The position numbers and the translations under genes were made by a program. A model generated the notes under the pieces. The model was not told the origin of the DNA and did no database searches. It was given only the letters and a program-made list of their open reading frames with translations. This document shows, piece by piece, positions 37,224 to 38,738 of a stretch of DNA of 38,738 bases (within the stretch, counting starts at the first letter, position 1; every line of letters starts with the position of its first letter). The stretch lies in the NCBI GenBank assembly GCA_965371515.1, contig CBDUYR010000024.1:1-38738 (forward strand), in the 5' to 3' direction. The DNA is from an uncultured bacterium (GTDB lineage Bacteria > Krumholzibacteriota > Krumholzibacteriia > Krumholzibacteriales > Krumholzibacteriaceae).

Positions 37224-37873
37224 TCGGGATAATCAGGAAAAATGCGACATACTATCTCATGTACGGCATCCTCCTGCTGATCATGTCGGCGGTGATGTGG
37301 AACAGCGCGATGGACAGGCTCCGGACTCCGATCGCGGTGATCAACTCATTCTTCATGTTCTTCATCGTGGTCATCCCCGCCCTGAGCGCCGAGGCCCTCG
37401 AGGAAAAGCACAGGGGTTATCCTTTCCTGATGACTCTGCCGCTGAAACTCGAGACAGTCGTCAGGGCGAAGATGGCGCTGCCTCTTATGGCGATCTTCGT
37501 TACAGTCGTTTACAATCTCGTCCTCTTCCAGTTCTTCGAGAGCTCTCCTTCGGTACTGGCCGATTGCGTCAAGATCATCCTGTTGAACGCCTCGGTGGTG
37601 ATCATGCTCGCAGGCGCAGTCTTCCTGCTGATGTACAGGTACAACGTAAGAATGCTGATGATGTTCCTCGTGTTCGCCGGCGTCTTTTTCAACCTCTTCG
37701 GACTGATCGCCATCAGGAGCAGCGGTATAGGCAACTTGTTCGAATGGCCCGAGATGATCGTTTCGGGAAAGCCTGCATGGATCTTCATCGTAATGATATT
37801 TGTCAGTCTCGGCGCCTATCACCTGATCTTCCGCCGGGCGCTCAGGTTCAAGGAAGAGAGACTCTTCGACTAG
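37220..37873 (+). CDS. ABC-2 transporter permease
   Basis: Six TM segments, EEK..GYPFLMTLPLK..TVVRAK motif, ATGA-coupled to the ATPase. Confidence 0.88.
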   Translation: MIGIIRKNATYYLMYGILLLIMSAVMWNSAMDRLRTPIAVINSFFMFFIVVIPALSAEALEEKHRGYPFLMTLPLKLETVVRAKMALPLMAIFVTVVYNLVLFQFFESSPSVLADCVKIILLNASVVIMLAGAVFLLMYRYNVRMLMMFLVFAGVFFNLFGLIAIRSSGIGNLFEWPEMIVSGKPAWIFIVMIFVSLGAYHLIFRRALRFKEERLFD

Positions 37874-37903
37874 GAGAAACGGCATGATCGGCATAATCCG
37901 CTA

Positions 37904-38731
37904 TCAGAGATAGAAATCGAGACCGAGCAGCCAGCGGTCGCCCGACGGTTTGATGTGCTGGGTGTCCCAGCGCGGCCCGGTGAAGAGGCATACAGTCCCG
38001 CCGCTGCCGTACCACGAAAGATACAACATAAGGTCGTTTTTCCACGTCCACTCGCCGCCGTGGTCGAGGAAGTAGAGGATATTAGGTCTCAGCTCGAACG
38101 TGAGCGCCTTCCTGTGGGCGAAGGCGATCTTCAGTCCTCCGCCGAGCGCCAGCGAGAAGTTGTGCCCGTGCTGGACGTAGTCGTGTATCTTCCACCGCGG
38201 GAAGTACCAGAAGGTGGCGAGCCAGGCCGTGTCGAGAATGAATCCCGATCCTTCCCTCACCGACCACTCTTGCCTGCGGTAGCGCGGGTACCAGTCACGC
38301 GAGTAGAAGTCGAGCCTGGCGACGTTCCAGATCTCACTCGTGTCGTCCGCGCGGTCGATGTCGTGGAAGCAGTCGTGGAGTAATTCGAGGTTCGCCATCC
38401 TCTCCGCCCACTCGAACCTCGCCCCCCCGACGAACGAATAGTGAGTGTCGTACGGGTCGAATACGACGGCGCCGTCCTCCTGGTATCCCATCCCGACATA
38501 GAGTCCCGCGCCGATGTATATGCTCCAGTCGAGCTTCTCCCCGCCGGCAGTAAGGACGTCGACGGTCGCGACGAGGCCGCCGTCAAAGAAGAACTGCTCA
38601 TCGTGGGGGAAGAACTCGAGTATCCAGCCGCGTGCGTTCCACCTGATCGGAAATGAATATTCCGCTGCGGGGAGGGAGGAGGACACGATGGAAAGAAGAA
38701 GCGCCGCGAGGATGCATGTTCTGAGTCTCAT
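37904..38731 (-). CDS. Hypothetical secreted/outer-membrane beta-barrel protein
   Basis: Signal peptide, alternating aromatic beta-strand pattern, C-terminal LLGLDFYL beta-signal-like end. Confidence 0.7.
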   Translation of the reverse strand: MRLRTCILAALLLSIVSSSLPAAEYSFPIRWNARGWILEFFPHDEQFFFDGGLVATVDVLTAGGEKLDWSIYIGAGLYVGMGYQEDGAVVFDPYDTHYSFVGGARFEWAERMANLELLHDCFHDIDRADDTSEIWNVARLDFYSRDWYPRYRRQEWSVREGSGFILDTAWLATFWYFPRWKIHDYVQHGHNFSLALGGGLKIAFAHRKALTFELRPNILYFLDHGGEWTWKNDLMLYLSWYGSGGTVCLFTGPRWDTQHIKPSGDRWLLGLDFYL

Positions 38732-38738
38732 TATTTTA

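Noticed and set aside
1..38738. CRISPR arrays, tRNA/rRNA, IS elements, selenocysteine read-through
   Set aside because: No spaced repeats, cloverleafs or transposase motifs noticed. The Cys-motif proteins appear complete without in-frame TGA. Checked by eye only.

Overview
Gene-dense, mostly GC-rich bacterial window from an anaerobe-like organism. A Gram-negative FCB-group lineage such as Ca. Krumholzibacteriota/Latescibacterota is only an inference, from the FlgD-Ig/Por-type C-terminal domain and beta-helix surface protease. No tRNA, rRNA, CRISPR array or transposase was seen. Two sigma54-controlled systems dominate. (1) 3852-11358 is an Orange-protein (ORP)-type cluster: an OrpR-like PAS/AAA+ activator with a C-X8-C-X3-C motif, two NifB/NifX-family proteins, a DUF5320-like protein, two ferredoxin-containing MinD-like ATPases and an Mrp-NifX fusion. 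Here it is extended by an IscU/NifU scaffold and a PLP gamma-lyase instead of a NifS. The -24/-12 promoter and matching activator palindromes are visible. (2) 21971-30556 is a complete PEP-CTERM sorting locus: PEP-CTERM target, exosortase, EpsI, an unknown membrane protein, a TPR lipoprotein, PrsK and PrsR. It has a perfect sigma54 promoter, an enhancer box, an IHF-like site and a terminator. Other genes: a low-GC AbgT transporter with a ~80-aa loop insertion (missed by the ORF track), DUF4139 protein, 1506-aa S8 protease with duplicated beta-helix modules, POT-like MFS transporter, degenerate FHA protein, MscS, a very basic secreted protein with a structured leader, DUF5916/CBM9-like outer-membrane protein, glnA, and a YtrA-type GntR/ABC operon. 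All family calls are by motif recognition; no database search was run.
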